A DNA stretch of 64,000 nt from the human T2T-CHM13v2.0 reference genome, Homo sapiens, in the NCBI RefSeq assembly GCF_009914755.1, contig NC_060931.1. One strand, given 5' to 3'. Under the pieces are notes generated by a model. That model was not told the DNA's origin. It searched no databases and saw nothing but the letters and a program-made list of their open reading frames with translations. The position numbers and the translations under genes are program-made. The stretch's first letter is position 1. Every line of letters begins with the position of its first letter. Of the stretch, positions 1 through 17,892 are shown one piece after another.

Positions 1-310
1 TTCTAGATCTCTTGCATTTCCAGATAAATTTTAATCAGCTTGTCAAATTCTGCAAAACAAAAAACAACAAGAAAACACCTTCTGGGATGTTAATAGGTAC
101 AGTGCTGCATCTGCAGATCTGGTTAGGGAGGACTCCCATCTTGACAAGAGCAAGTCCTTCAATCCATGAACATGGCTGTCTTTCCATTTAGTTAGGTCCT
201 CTTTCATTTCTTTCCACGATATTTTAGAGTTTTTAGTGTACAGGTCTTATACTTCTTTCATTGAATTTACTCCTATTAATGCTTTTTTATACTATTTTAA
301 AATAGATTTT
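1..310 (-). mobile_element. Old L1 ORF2 fragment
   Basis: Reverse complement resembles the L1 ORF2 segment aaatggaaagacatcccatgttcatggattggaagac. Confidence 0.75.
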
Positions 311-329
311 TAAAATTTTTTTATTTTCA

Positions 330-550
330 GTAGATTAGGGTTTGCATAGGATGGTGGGGCGGGGACAGGAAATAAGGGGACCTGGGCATAACAGCTAAGG
401 GATACATGGTTTCTTTTGGGAGTAAAGAAAATGTTCTATAATTGATTGTGGTGACGGTTGCACAACTCTGACTACACTAAAAACCACAGAATGGTACATT
501 TAAAATGGTGACTTTTATAGTATGTGAGTTATCTCAATAAAAATGTTACC
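330..550 (+). mobile_element. L1MB-type 3' UTR fragment
   Basis: gtttcttttggg..aaaatgttct..gattgtggtgacggttgcacaactctg motif, ending at aataaa. Confidence 0.7.
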
Positions 551-1575
551 AAATGAAAGAGAGAACCTTGTTAACTAGATAAAACAAACTCTTAGCATTT
601 TGTACTGTTCCATTTACCTCCGTATGAAAAAAGTTCCACATCCTCAGGCCAATGTCAAAAAGACACTGTTTAGATAATAATGATTTACTTGGAAACATTA
701 ACTCCTGTTAAATTAGTCTAAAACAAAGTATGATATGACTGCCACAATATTAAACTAGGAGAAGAGAAAACATAAACCCCTGCTGTTTGCTTTTGTAAAT
801 TATTCAATGGAATGTTGATGGAGTACATTTGGGATTCACAAATAAATAACCTACCCATTATAAACAAACCAACTACAATCTTGGGCAATGATTTCAAAAT
901 TACTGAAGTAGTCTCTAAGTAAAATCCCTGTTTCCTGTGTTGATTCAAATCCAATTTATTCTTAATACATTATTAAAATCCATCTTGATTTTTCAAGGAT
1001 CTCGACTGCCTACAAACTGCATTCTTTGGATTTCAAACCCCCCCAAAATGCAGTTTCTCTTGATCTACTTTGGCAACCTTATCATTCAAATATGGTTTGT
1101 TTAATGGTTCACAGACCAGGACATGGAAATGTTTACTTTTGGGTCTTTCTTTGTGTTGCATGTTGGCTGCCCCCTTTCGATAACATCCAGCCAATATTTC
1201 AGCTAGAATGTGGGCTCCACAGGAGTGCACAGCACATAGTAGGCACTTGATCGATATTTGCTGATGAGCGCCACTTGATATTGTATGCCTGACTCTGTGT
1301 TAAGCACTTCCCCTACATTATCTCCTGTATTTCCTCCACAAACTGTGTGAAGAAACTATCAGTCTAACAGATTACTTGTCCAAGACTGCACACATTGAAC
1401 CACTCACTGTCCAGTGACTTCTGAAATCCTAGTCATTCTTCAGGTTACTGCTCAAATCCTATCTCCTCTCCAATGTCTAGAGCCAACAATGATTCTCCTT
1501 TCTCTACACTGCTTAAGTACTTCCTGCCTTTGACACATAAATCTATATTACCTTGAATTATTTCTTTAAGTAGAC

Positions 1576-1991
<416 letters not shown>

Positions 1992-2092
1992 GACTTTATT
2001 TCTTAGAGCAGCTTTAGTACAACAAAATCGAGCAAAAGGTATCCAGAAATCCTCTATACTCCCTCCCCGACCAAATGCACAGCTACCCTTAC

Positions 2093-2845
<753 letters not shown>

Positions 2846-3190
2846 CCCATTATCAATATCTTATACCAGAGCGCTGCATTTATCATACTCAATGAACCTA
2901 TGTGAACACATCATTATCATACAGAGTCTATAGTTTACATTAGGGTTCACTCGTGGTGCAGTACATTCTATAGGTTTTGACAAATGTAGAATGACATGTA
3001 GCCACCCTTATAGTATCACACGGAATAGTTTCGCTGCCCTAAAAAATCCTCTGTACTCTACCCGTTATTCTCCCCGTCCCCTTGGCAACTTCCAATCTTT
3101 TAACTGTCTCTACAGTTTTGCCTTTTCCAGAATGTCACATAGTTGGAATCATATAGTATATATCCTTTTCAGATTGACTTCTTTCACTTA

Positions 3191-4390
<1,200 letters not shown>

Positions 4391-4398
4391 TAAATGTA

Positions 4399-4710
4399 CT
4401 GGGTGCAGTGGCTCATGCCTATAATCCCAAAACTTTGGGAGGTCAAGGGGGAAGAATCACTTGAGCTCAGGAGTTTGAGACCAGCCTGGGCAACATAGCA
4501 AGACCCCATCTCTACAAAAAAAAAAATTTTTAATTTTAAAAAAATTAGCCAGTCATGGTGCCATATGCCTATGGTCCCAGCTACTTGGGAGGCTGAGGTG
4601 GGAGGACTGCTTGAGCCCAGGAGGTCAAAGCTTCAATAAGCTATGAGTGCACCACTGCTCTCCAGCCTGAGCAACAGAGAAAGACCCTGTCTTAAAACAA
4701 ACAAAAAAAA
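4399..4710 (+). mobile_element. AluJ
   Basis: J-type diagnostics (cttgagcccaggagg, gagctatg, gaccctgtct). Confidence 0.85.
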
Positions 4711-5267
4711 TTAAACACAAGAGTGATTTGAAGACTTACAGAAGTGGCATTTGCTTCTTATAAGTCTTAGCATTATCTTACTAGAGGATGTTAAGTCGGT
4801 GTTTAAAATGCCATGCTCTGCGGAACAATACATTTTAAATAAATTATTTAAACAAGAATAAAACGACAATGGCACCTATTGTAAAAGGAGTATAAAAGGT
4901 AGTGTCTGGGCATAAGAGTTTAGAGTTTAGCTAGATAGACAAAAATGCATCAGCAAGAAAAGCAACGATAGTGCAAGGCTGATCGCTTCTGCCGCGCACA
5001 TTAAATGACTCCTCCGACGCTATCAATCCATCTTTTGTGCTATCTTTTAGGTCCATTCTTTCCAGCCCCGCTGCCACTGCTCAAGTCCAGGCAACTCTTA
5101 TCTCATGTCTGGATGAGTACAATAGGCTCTGGCATCTCTTTTCTCTAATTCCTTTTAATCATGAAATAATTATTTGTTGGATAAATGAATAGAACATTTT
5201 CATTGTATAACTCTCCTACACATAAACCTCTGAGCTCAGCATTATTTACTAAATGAAAATTTCTTTA

Positions 5268-5613
<346 letters not shown>

Positions 5614-6105
5614 CTACTGACGTCACTGATGACCTTTCCCCTCATGCATTTTTTTAAGTGCTCCTTTGCTCAGGGTCCCCTGGCAACCAACATGCTCCAC
5701 CTCCTTTACCCCTGCGCTTCCAGGCCTAGTTCAAGTCCCCCGTCCCCCTTCTTCAATCTGTCCTTTACTGTCCTGTAAAGTTACCTACTTCTTTTTTTTT
5801 TTCCATTGGTACTTACATAGCTCTCCAAACAGATTTCAAACTCACTAAAAGTAGTGACTATGCAGTCACTTCTGCATGCAGGGGGTAAATCTAAGACAAT
5901 AAACACTGACACAGAGAATCAAATGTCAAAATGGGCTGTTCAAGCAGATTTTAAGAATTCACAGAAATAGAATAGTATCGTAGGAATGGTTAGGAAGGTA
6001 GTTTGTTTGTTTTTGTAGAGGTGAGACAGGCTGGGTTTCAAAGGGCAGGTAAGTTTTGGATATATAGTAAGGATGTATTGTCAGAAATCAGTGCCTGTAA
6101 ATCAG

Positions 6106-6539
<434 letters not shown>

Positions 6540-6655
6540 TCAGTCAGACAGGACACCGCATATCCCAGGGTCCGTGTGTCAATTGCTTGCATGCCTTAGC
6601 ATGGATCTAAACACAAATTCAAATTGAATCCTTAAAATACAGTTTTTTTATTTTA

Positions 6656-6982
<327 letters not shown>

Positions 6983-8245
6983 ATACAACGGGTTAGTGGT
7001 TTTGTCTTCAAAAAGCCTTTCACAATGTTACACCATTCATCAAAATCATATTGGAAAGTAAACTCTAATCGATCCATTTAACTCGGTTTGCACTAGCATA
7101 GTCAGAAGCCTACATTTTCAATCTGTTACTTATCTTGGATTAACTTTTCTGCAAACCCACCTACATGGATCTTTTATCGTACTACCATTTTCTGCTCACT
7201 TAAACCTCCAAGGAGTGTGGGGTAGGAGAGAAGGAAGGGGTTATTCTTCATTTTAATAAGAACAATCAAAAATGCTTAAAGCAAGGGCAGCCTTCATATG
7301 ATAGCATTTAAAAGAAAAGGACTTCCTGGAAAAAAACTGATGAATTGACAAAGACTGGCAAATATATCTCCATGGCCATGAATGAGTAAAAGTCAGTTTG
7401 GAAAGGGATGGTGAGAAACAGGTGGATAATTGCTGATGCTTCCCACGCGCACTACTGTTCAGCAAAGGCAGCTCACAAACACTGCAACTAGCGTTTGTCC
7501 TCTGTGGCCTCCAGCGGGTGATCCGGGGCACTGGGTGCAAAACTCTAAGGTGTTTAGAGAAGGGGCCGTTTTAAACAAAGCTCTTCAGAAATGGATCCTC
7601 TACAGATTGACCATGATCAAACAATCAAGGAAGTAGAACTAGTTGATCATGGGTTGGGAGCTATAAACCTACCCCTTCCTTTCCCTACTGCTTACAGCGA
7701 TAGCAGGGTTGGAAGGTGGCATTTTGCTGAGACCCTCTTATCTCTCCCTCCCACATAGACCCATAATCCCCTTACAGTCAATTTCCCTATCCCAGCAAAG
7801 GGACAGAGAGGAGGAGTGGGAAAGGGCAGGGCAGGGGGCAAGAAGAGAGAGAAAATGTATTACATTTTAGGGGGCAAAATAAAATTAATCTCTGCCTTCT
7901 GTTCTGAAATATTAAATCCCCCCACCCACATTTATCATTAAATGTTCAATCTGTAATAGAAGAAAAATGAGCACGAGCAAGCTTTTGGAGTTCCTGTATG
8001 TAATTTCAATTTTCCTTTCCTACTGCCAATAAAAAATATTCAACAAATGTCATACTTTAGTATTAGAATCTTTTTCTTAAAACAAAATTCCTAGGAGACG
8101 GTAACTTTCCTATATAACAGTACTTTCACTGCCCTGCCCACAAGGTTATAATGCAAACTCGGAAATGCTGCGGGCAGAATTCTTGCAAGGGTGTAATCCT
8201 ACAGAGAAGTTACTCAGGTCTCAAAGTGACAGCTACGCTCTAGTT

Positions 8246-8431
8246 AGGGGGTTGGCAAGCTACTGCCTGTGTTTGTAAATAAAGTTTTATTGGAACACAG
8301 CCACACTAATCAGTTTACTCAGTATCCATGGCTACAACAACAGCAGAGTTGAGTAGTTGTAATAGAGGCCACATGGCCCGCAAAGCATAAAATATTTACT
8401 ATCTGAGCATTTCAGAAGCTTGCCAGCCTCT
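8246..8431 (+). mobile_element. MER58A-like hAT-Charlie MITE
   Basis: ggggttggcaa..tttgtaaataaagttttattggaacacagccac..aaaatatttactatctg..ttgccagcctct. Confidence 0.8.
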
Positions 8432-9153
8432 ACTCCAGATGTACAGTAGTAGTGAGTGCATATATACATAAAATCAGTGGACTGACTTCTTGGGGACCCA
8501 CAAAAGTAAGAAAAATATATTCCCAAAAACACTACCCTTACTTTTGACTACTGATTTATTTATGCGGATCTGAAACACACACACACAATTTGGTAAAATT
8601 CATGCAATGCATACCCATGAAACTTGAACCAGATGTAAGAAATAATCACTCCACAAGAACACCATGAAGCATTCCTCTGAAATTGCTACGTTGTAGTCTA
8701 CCAACAAATATGTGCAGAATAACAAGTAGAAAAATGATAGGAAACTTACATGTCTCTCTCAGGGTCTGGGCATTCACAAGACTGCTCTGCCTTAGCTCAG
8801 AATAATCTCTACACAACAGTTAAGAGGGGAAAAGGGAAGGTGTGGACAGCTAGAAAGATGGTGGACGGGAGTATCTGAAACCAAGGAGCCTCTAATTCAC
8901 CACCTCCCTCACATACAAAATGTTCCTTGCCCAGACCCTCTTTCCAGATGGTTCCTAGCTAAAGCTTTATTCTCATTCTAGCCCCCTCTGGCTTCTACCC
9001 TAGTCTTATAATTTTTTTTTAAACGTCTTTTCATCCCAAGATTAGTCAGTTGGATTACTCTGCCCTAATGTCTCCAGCTCTGGGCAGCAAGTCTAACCTT
9101 CCCCACATGGCTTTCCTCTTGCCCTAACTACTTTCTGCCCTCACCTGGATGCA

Positions 9154-9183
9154 TTAGGTGCAATTACTTTTGCACCAGCCTAA
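9154..9183. mobile_element. Internally deleted MADE1 (mariner MITE) remnant
   Basis: gcaattacttttgcaccagcctaa matches the MADE1/Hsmar1 terminal repeat; preceded by ttaggt. Confidence 0.7.
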
Positions 9184-9644
9184 TATCAATCCCAACTTCA
9201 TCATCTGGGACCTGAAGCCAGACATAATCTTTATTCACTGCACCAGACCAAAAGATATGGATTTTGAAGTCATCAAATCCTGGGTTCAAAGTCCGGTTTG
9301 GCTATTTCCCAGATGGGTGATGGATGGGCCAAATTACTCAACCTCTCTGGTCCTTAATGTTCTCATCTGTGCCATACAGATAATACTTCCTACTTTTCAG
9401 GGTTATTGCGAGCAATGATATAGGTATCAAATAAAGATAGCTGCTATTATTTTTAACTTGTCTTAATAATTACTACTAACACCACTATCACCTATCGAGG
9501 ACTCAAAGGTCTGGCAATACAATGAAAGCTTTACTCATTTAACCTTTCCATATTGATATTCACAAACTTCCAGTGTGTGTCATATTTATACCCATTTTAT
9601 AAATATGGAAACTGAGACAGACTCCAATTCTAGTCTTTCGAGTA

Positions 9645-10280
9645 TGGCTGATTCTCATTATTCCTGGATTCTGTATTTGTGAATTCACCTACTTGCTAAA
9701 ATGTATTTGTAACCCCAAAAATCAATACTCGTGGCACCTCCCTGGTCATTCACAGATGTTTGCAGAGCAACAACGACAACAAAAAAATTGAGTCATCGAA
9801 CGTGCATGTTCCCAGCTGAGGTCAAACCAGGCAACAACGCGCCTTCTCGTTTCAGCCTCGTACTGTCAACAAATGGTCTTTTCATGGTCTATTTAGTGCC
9901 ATGTTTTTCACATGTCTGTGCTTTGTGTTGGTGACTGTGCTGTTTAGAATGGTCCCCAAGCAAAGTGGTGAAGTGCTATCCAGTGTGCCTTGCAAAGAAA
10001 ATGCATGGATTAGGGAAATTTTGTTCAGGCACGAGTGGCAGTGCTGTTCGTCGTGAGTTCAATGTTAATGAATCCACGATATATAGTGAGTAAGGTATCT
10101 TTAAACAGAAGCACACATAAAACAAGGTTACATATTAATCAGTCGAAGACAATGTTGCAACTTGAGGATCACAGGACCCTAACCCCCTATTCCTCTGGGA
10201 ACGATGGTTCAGGATTCGCTAATTTGGTGTTCGCAGCAATTTTATAGAACACACCTACTGAGAATAATGGGAATCAACAG
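9645..10280 (+). mobile_element. MER82-like TcMar-Tigger element
   Basis: Inverted termini (tgattctcattattc / gaataatgggaatca) flanked by TA. Internal tttgtaaccccaaaatcaatactc and gttcccagctgaggtc. Confidence 0.8.
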
Positions 10281-11636
10281 TATAGTTCTCTTCCGCTGTC
10301 AGAGCTGGTACTCGCCACACCCCAGGAACTATACACAGACTAACACCAGTGGTCTTCACTCCCATAGCCTCTATCACACCACCCATGAGACATTGATGGG
10401 GTAGGAGGGCGCAGAGGGAGGAAATGTAGCATTGCAATAATCTCACGCTGCTCCAAAAACGGAGGAGAGAATGCAAGCCACACACAAAAACACACACTGT
10501 TCCTCTCTCCTTCCCACTTCCAGAATTATAAGAAGGTTTCGTGTTCTCTGAAATTGTTATATTCTGGAAATGTTTCCCAAAAATGAATTACAAACTGGTT
10601 AATCACATTAAAAGCTGCCTTCAGCCTGGCGTTTTTGATCATTGTCAAATTTATTTTCCTTCCTTTTCAAAGCCACTCTCCTACTTTGCTTTCAGCTCTA
10701 GCTACAGAAAGGAGGTGAGAAAATGGAAAGGATTAACGCCACATTGAGTTTTATCCTGGAAAATAAAGATTCTCCTGGAATTTATCACTAAAAAGTCAAT
10801 AAAATGCAACAAAGCAACCGCCATTACATTATTGCCAAATTGCCAGAGTCCTATAGAAATGGCACCCAAGTCCTAAGCAATTTTTGCAGTTTTACGCCTA
10901 TAATTTCCATGCAAAAAAAAAAAATCATTTTATGCCAAACTAAGAATAGTTTATGACTACTTTCCTCCTTGTATAAAGAGTTTCTCTTTAAGACACTTTC
11001 CTTATTTAGAAAACTTAACCTATGACAAAGTATGGCACTCTATATATGCACTTTTCTATATATATATAATTTCAATTTTAAAAAACTATATATGGGATTA
11101 GAAGCCAATTCTTCAATTATAAATTGATCATAAGTAAATTTGCTAAAACAAAAAGCTTTACAATCTAAATGTTCAAGATTTGATAGACTTTCTATGTTGT
11201 AATATATTAATTTGAATTTTCAAAACTAACAAATAATGAAAGTCAGTCGTAGGTGTCATTAATAGCTCAGTTGAAATTTACGCACAAGATTAACAAGACT
11301 GAAATCAATTAAAAGAAATTATTTGAAACTGTATTTGTGTGTGTGCGTGATGTGTGTGTAACTATATATGGTCAAAATTAAAGTCCGCTAATTGTTACCT
11401 AAAAGTGACCTTAACTATTTTAGGGAACCAAACCAAAAATATTAGAAATACAATTAGGATCACACTAAAAATTTATAAACAACCTCTTCTGTAAGAAAGA
11501 AAAGTCAACAAGAACAACGAATAGCTTTCTATATCACAAAGAGAATGTCTCTATTAATTGAAAACACTCAATTTTTGAATGTTTCAATGAATTAATTCAA
11601 ATTTTGAACAAGTTTAGGGCAATATATATCAACTTA

Positions 11637-11691
11637 AATTTTAAATAACTCCACAGGTAATTTTAAATAACTCCACAGGTAATTTTAAATA
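11637..11691. repeat. Perfect 22-bp tandem repeat, 2.5 copies
   Basis: aattttaaataactccacaggt twice, then aattttaaata. Confidence 0.95.
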
Positions 11692-12073
11692 TACAGCTCT
11701 GGCTAACTCAATACATCTGAAGTCACTTGAATTTATCATAAGCCCAGGAGACTAACAAATGAATATAAGCAGTACAAAAGGGAATTCAACTTAATTCAAA
11801 TACCATCTGTTCTGTTCTGCTTCTGTAACACAGATGAGCTCATGTTTGATTGGTAAGTAGCAGTGACATCTTATAGCATGGAAGTCACACTGATTCATTT
11901 GAGAGTTTCCTAAGCAAAAAAGTGGAGGGAGTGAAATGAAAATCTTAGGCAAGAAAAGGAAAAAAAAAAAAAACTGTCACCTAACTTGGCCTTAGCAAGA
12001 AGCTGTATTTTAAGAACAAAGCAACCACCCTATAATGACATTAAATCATTGCCAAATTGTCAGAGCCCTTTAG

Positions 12074-12684
<611 letters not shown>

Positions 12685-13079
12685 TGTTTTTTTGTATATT
12701 TTAGTATCCATTTTAGCAACATCCAGCCACACTGAGATGCCTGCTTGGGTGGTCCAGATAATCTCTTAAGGTAGCAATTATGGTTTTTGCTAGTAGTTAC
12801 CAAGTTGCAATGATTTTGAGAGACCAGCTATAATCTTACTTTTCCCACAAGACACTTATTATTTTTAGTGTATTGTTGTGCAGAATGTATGGTTTTTCAG
12901 GGACATAAATTTTCCATCACAGCAGAAACACCAGTGAGTATTTATCAAGTGCCTACTTCCTATGCACAGGCAATGGACTAGGTACTCGAAGTTAAATTTA
13001 AGGACCTAAAAGAATATGTTTTCTTAAAGATCTCAACTTAGCCACGGGGGCCTGGGGGAGATGAGAATTGGGCACTTAG

Positions 13080-13185
13080 CATTAGTTTGCTAGGGCTGCC
13101 ATAACAAAGTACCATCTGCTCAGTGGCTTAAACAACAGAAATGTATCGTCTCACAGTTCTGAAGTCTAGAAGCCTGAGATCAGTG
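13080..13185 (-). mobile_element. MLT1-family LTR end fragment
   Basis: ttagtttgctagggctgccataacaaagtacca..ggcttaaacaacagaaat. Confidence 0.75.
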
Positions 13186-13189
13186 CCTG

Positions 13190-15350
13190 AGCCTGGAGAA
13201 AACCCAGATGTCCAGCTGCTTTTTTGGCCCTAGGGTCACATTTGCTGAAAGGAGTCCTTTTAGAGTCTGGAGGATGAGGGCTGGAGTCCTTTAACTTCCA
13301 AGAATGGGGTCCTGGGGCATTACCTATCAGTGTGGGCTAACCTTCAAAGGGGCAGCACCTTGAGGGTACAAGTTCAGGCAGCAGCCCAGCTTCACCTCAG
13401 CTGAGTGACCAAGAAAATCTCAAACCTTGGTCTACTGTGAACAACTTTCACCTACAAATGACCAGGACGCCTAAATCATGGGGTAAACCACCAACCAGGC
13501 TCCAGGTGGCCACCTGGTAAAATACAGACAGGTAACAAATAGCACTGCAAAGGTTTTGAAAACAAGTGACATTGAAACCACAACCCGCAAAAGGCTAGTT
13601 AGAACAGAACACATGCCCTGAGCTCAACTAGGTCAATGCCTGCTAAACAAATGCGTCAATATTCTCCACAGTATTTACACAAGACACAGAGTCTCAGAAC
13701 ATAATAACCAAAATGTCAAGGATAAAATCCAAAATTACTCAGCATATAAAGAACCAGCGAAATTGCAACTCACATGGGAGGAAAAGATATGCCATGCAAA
13801 CACTAATCATAAGAAAGCCTGAATGGCTATATTAATATTCAACTTCAGAGAAAGAAAAGTGTGGGAGATAAAGAAAGACAGTACATAATAATAAAAGGGT
13901 CAATTCACCAAGAAGATATAACAATCCTATATGTGTTTGTACCTAACAATAGAGCATCAAAATACATAAAGCAAAAACTGACAGAATTGAAAGAGGCAAA
14001 TCTAAAATTACAGCTGGAGACGTAAAAACTCTAATCAGCAATTGACAGAGCTAGTAGACAGAGTCAGCAAGGATATATATAGAAGAACTGAACACCATTA
14101 ACTAACGGGATCAAACTGACATTTATAGAATACTCCATTCAACCACAACAGTGTACATATTCTTTTCAAGTACAAAATGGAACATTTATAATAGAAATCT
14201 TAGCAAACTGAAAGGGACTAGAGTCATACGATGTATGTTCCTGACCATAATGGAATTAAACTAGAAAGCAATGTGAAAAAATAACAGGAAAATCTTCAAA
14301 CACTTGGATAGTAGACATCACACTTCTAAATAATCCATGGGTGACAGGGAAGGTCTCAAAGGAAATTAGAGAATATTTTGAACTGAAAGAAAAAAAAAAA
14401 AGTTTGTGAGATTCAGCTAAACTTAGAATGAAATTTATAAGATTAAATGTTTTTATTAGAAAAGAAAAAAGTTGCAAATCAGGCATCTAAGCTTCTACCT
14501 TAAGAAATTTTAAAAGGAAAGCAGAATGAACCATTGCAATCATAAACTCTAACTTGAGCTTCACTGAGTACCAAAAAGAGGGGAGAGAGAGGGAATGAGG
14601 CAAAAACAACAGTGAAAGAGGTCACGGCTCCGAATTTTCAACAGTGATTGCAGTGGCTTGAATGTGCACCCCAAGGAGTAAATGTTGGAAACTTCATCTT
14701 CAATGCAACTGTGCTGGGAGGTGGACCTCATGGGAGATATTTAGGTCATGAAGGCTCTACTCGCATGAATGGATTGATGACATTAAAAAAGGGCTCGAGG
14801 CTGTGAGTTCAATCTCTTGCTCTCTCTCTCACACATGTTCTCTTGCCCTTCCATCTTTCACTATGGAATGACGCCACAAGAAGGCCCTTGCCAGATGCTA
14901 GCACCCTGATATTGGACTACCCAGCCTCGAGAACTGTAAGAAATAAACTTCTTTTATTTATAAGTTACCCAGCCTGTGGTATTGTGTTATAGCAACACAA
15001 AACAAAGACAGTAATGAATGGCTTCGAAGACAGTAATGCACTTCAAAAAGCCCAAACAGGATAAATGAAAAGAAATACACACCTGGTTACTTCACAGTGA
15101 AACTGCAGAAAGTGAAATACAAAGATAAAAATATTGAATGCAGCCACAGAAAAAGGAAAGATTACTTTCCAAGTACGAGTGACCAACTTCTGAAATGCCA
15201 CAGTGAAGATTTGAAGACAGAAATATCTTCAAGAAAATAACTGCTAACCTAGAATTCTCTACCCAGCAAAAATAGCTTTTAAGAATCAAGAGAAAAATGA
15301 AGATCTTTTTCAACAGACAAAACCCAAGTTAGCCACCAGCAAAATTTTCA
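13190..15350 (+). mobile_element. Nested old L1 fragments (ORF2 endonuclease-like 13790-14520; ORF1/HAL1-like 14570-15350)
   Basis: A-rich. ccatgcaaacactaatcataagaaagc..ggctatattaata and ctagaattctctacccagcaaaaatagc motifs. Confidence 0.65.
14650..15010 (+). mobile_element. MSTC/MSTD-like MaLR LTR
   Basis: aagaaggcccttgccagatgc..ccagcctcgagaactgtaagaaataaa..ttatagcaacacaaaac. Confidence 0.75.
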
Positions 15351-16847
15351 CTGTCAACATCAAGAACTGCTTTTATTGAAAACACATAAAACGGAGAAAA
15401 AAATCCCAATTAGTAAATTATTATAAAGTAATTCTACAATAAAGCTAAATTTGCTATAAGAATAAACAAAATCATCTACACCCTTCTCCTTATTTCAGGA
15501 GTTAAATCTGATCCTCACATTTTAAATCTAACAGATAATTACCTAATTTTCTGGTAAGGTAAAGAAACTGAGATGGAAGCAGGGGAGACGATAAGATTTT
15601 AACCCCAAAATGAGCATTTTCCTATGGGCATTACAAAAGGTAACTGAGTTAGAAGGACCTCTGTTTATGAACATGTTAACTGGCTGGGAGGGAAAAAAAA
15701 TGACTCTAATCAAAGAGAGAGAAGTATGCATATAATAACAAAAGACAGAATGGTCTCACAGTGTAAAGAGAACTTTTTTCAATTTGACAAGATCATGCCT
15801 ATGATATCGAACAGTGCATTTTCTCATTTTCATCACTAATTGACTCATATTTCTTCCCCATTGCAACAAACCTTAGCTCCGTATTCACAAGCCCTCTGCT
15901 TGGAGCTTCATTGACAAAGAACAGCAGCATACAAAATAGCACCACAGTGCACTGAGAAATGTCACCAAACACTAAGCTATGGGGCAACTAAAACTGGACA
16001 GATTTATATTTGTTCTATGTCTGGTCAAGGGAAACTGCAGAATTTAGCTGAATAATACACTATTTCCATTCAGACACATGTTAGTGACTTTCGGCCCTCT
16101 GATCATCTTCCCTCCTCATTAAATTATAAGATCCTTTAAGGAGGTTACTCTGCATCATTCACTGAAAACAACATTTAATAAGCGCTTTGTGCCAGGCCCT
16201 GGAATGGAAATGATTGAGATCCCTCCTTTCATCTTTGGCAGCAGCAAAGACAAGGAAATAAATAATGTGAATAGCGTTATGAAGACACTGTGATGGGAAG
16301 ACAAGAAGGAGTAACTAGGGAGTAGATCATTCTATAGAAAGAACATGTGTAAAGACATGTTTGAGAGGCAGAATGCATTCAGGGAAATGTGTTTCTATGG
16401 AAGGTTTGGTTCAGGAACAAGAGGAGACTAGAGCCCGATGAGAAAAGGTCTTCTATGCAATGTTAAGGAATTTGGACTTTGCCCTGGAGGCAATGAGGAG
16501 CCAAACACTACTACTTTTTTTTTTTTTTTTTTTGGAAAGCTATAAACTCTGGCACGGGAGTAGAAAATGAGAAGGAATGGAGAGAGGCAGGAGGCAGGAA
16601 GTTGACCTCTTTGGTGGCTGTTTCAATAGTCGAGGGAGGTTTTACATTGCTTTGCTGTCACTCCACAGTATCTAACACAGGGTCTAACACATAAAAGAGA
16701 ACAGTAACACTGAACTGAATTGATTCTAAGAAGAAAATACCTAATTTCTTACAGAGTGGTTTATCTGCTTTCTAAGGTCCGTGCAGTAATTCCTTTCCCA
16801 GGATAGGGGGGGAAATGCCATTATCATGTACACGCTGGCAAGACCAC

Positions 16848-17282
16848 TGCTGTGGTTTGGTCTGTCCCCACCAAAACTCATGTTAAAATTTGATCCCCAC
16901 TGTGGCAGCGGTGGGAGGTGGGGCCTATGGGCCTACTGGGAGGTGTCTGGGTCATGGGGGTGGAGCTCTCATGAATAGATTAATGCCTTCCCACGGGAGT
17001 GAGTTCTCACTCTCACGGAATGTATTCATTCCCAAGAGGGTGGGTTGTTCAGAAGAGTCTGGCTTCCTTGGTTTCTCTCTCTGGCCATGTGGTTTCTTTG
17101 CACACATCATTTCCACTTCTGTTTTCCAACATGAGTTAAAACAGTCTAAGGCCCTCCCCAGATGCAAATGCTCAGTCCTGAACTTTCCAACCCCCAGAAT
17201 CATGTGCTAAATAAACCTCTTTACTTTATAAACTATCCAGTTTCAGGTATTCTGATACAGCAACTCTAAACGAACTAGGACA
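16848..17282 (+). mobile_element. MSTB-like MaLR solo LTR
   Basis: TG..CA ends, near-perfect 5-bp TSD accac/gccac, ccccaccaaaactcatgtt near the start. Confidence 0.8.
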
Positions 17283-17575
17283 GCCACCAGTGCCTTTCAC
17301 AGCATTCCAAATATACAGTCAAATCCCCGGAGAATCCTGGTTCTCACAGGTTTTTTGTGTGTGTTCATCTTATCACATTTACAGTAATCTTAAAACCTTT
17401 AGTGGGAAAAGTTAAAAAAAAAAAAAAAAGCTGCAAAGCAAAATGCTCTGACCCCAGAATGCCAAATATATACTCTTAACAATATAAACTAAGCAAAAGG
17501 AAAGATGTTGTACTCTACCTAGTAAGAAAGTAAGAACGCATCCAGCAGTTAATTTCAATTTAAAAACGCCATTCC

Positions 17576-17892
17576 GGCCCTGCCCAATGGCTCACGCCTG
17601 TAATCCTAGTACTTCGGGAGGCCGAGGAGTGTGGATTTCCTGAGGTCAGGAATTAGAGGCCAGCCTGGCCAACATGGTGAAACCCCGTCTCTATTAAAAA
17701 TACAAAAATTAGCTGGGCATGGTGGCGGGCGCCTATAATCCCAGCTACTCAGAAGGCTGAGGCAGGAGAATTGCTTTAACCTGGGGACAGAGGTTGCAGC
17801 GAGCCAAGATCGCACCACTTCATTCCAGCCTGGGCAACAGAGCAAAACTCCATCTTGAAAAATAAACAAAAATAAAAAAATAAAAATAAAAA
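17576..17892 (+). mobile_element. AluS
   Basis: Full dimer. Confidence 0.88.

Noticed and set aside
1-550. Opposed L1 fragments as a twin-priming inversion
   Set aside because: The decisive left breakpoint and TSD lie outside the window; the fragments could be two independent insertions.
600-1230. Possible pseudogene or viral fossil in unique AT-rich sequence (ORFs 718..954 and 1033..1230)
   Set aside because: No protein family recognised in any frame; a tBLASTx/Dfam search would be needed.
7500-7525. CTCF-like motif tggcctccagcgggtg
   Set aside because: Mismatches at informative core positions; not supportable without ChIP data.
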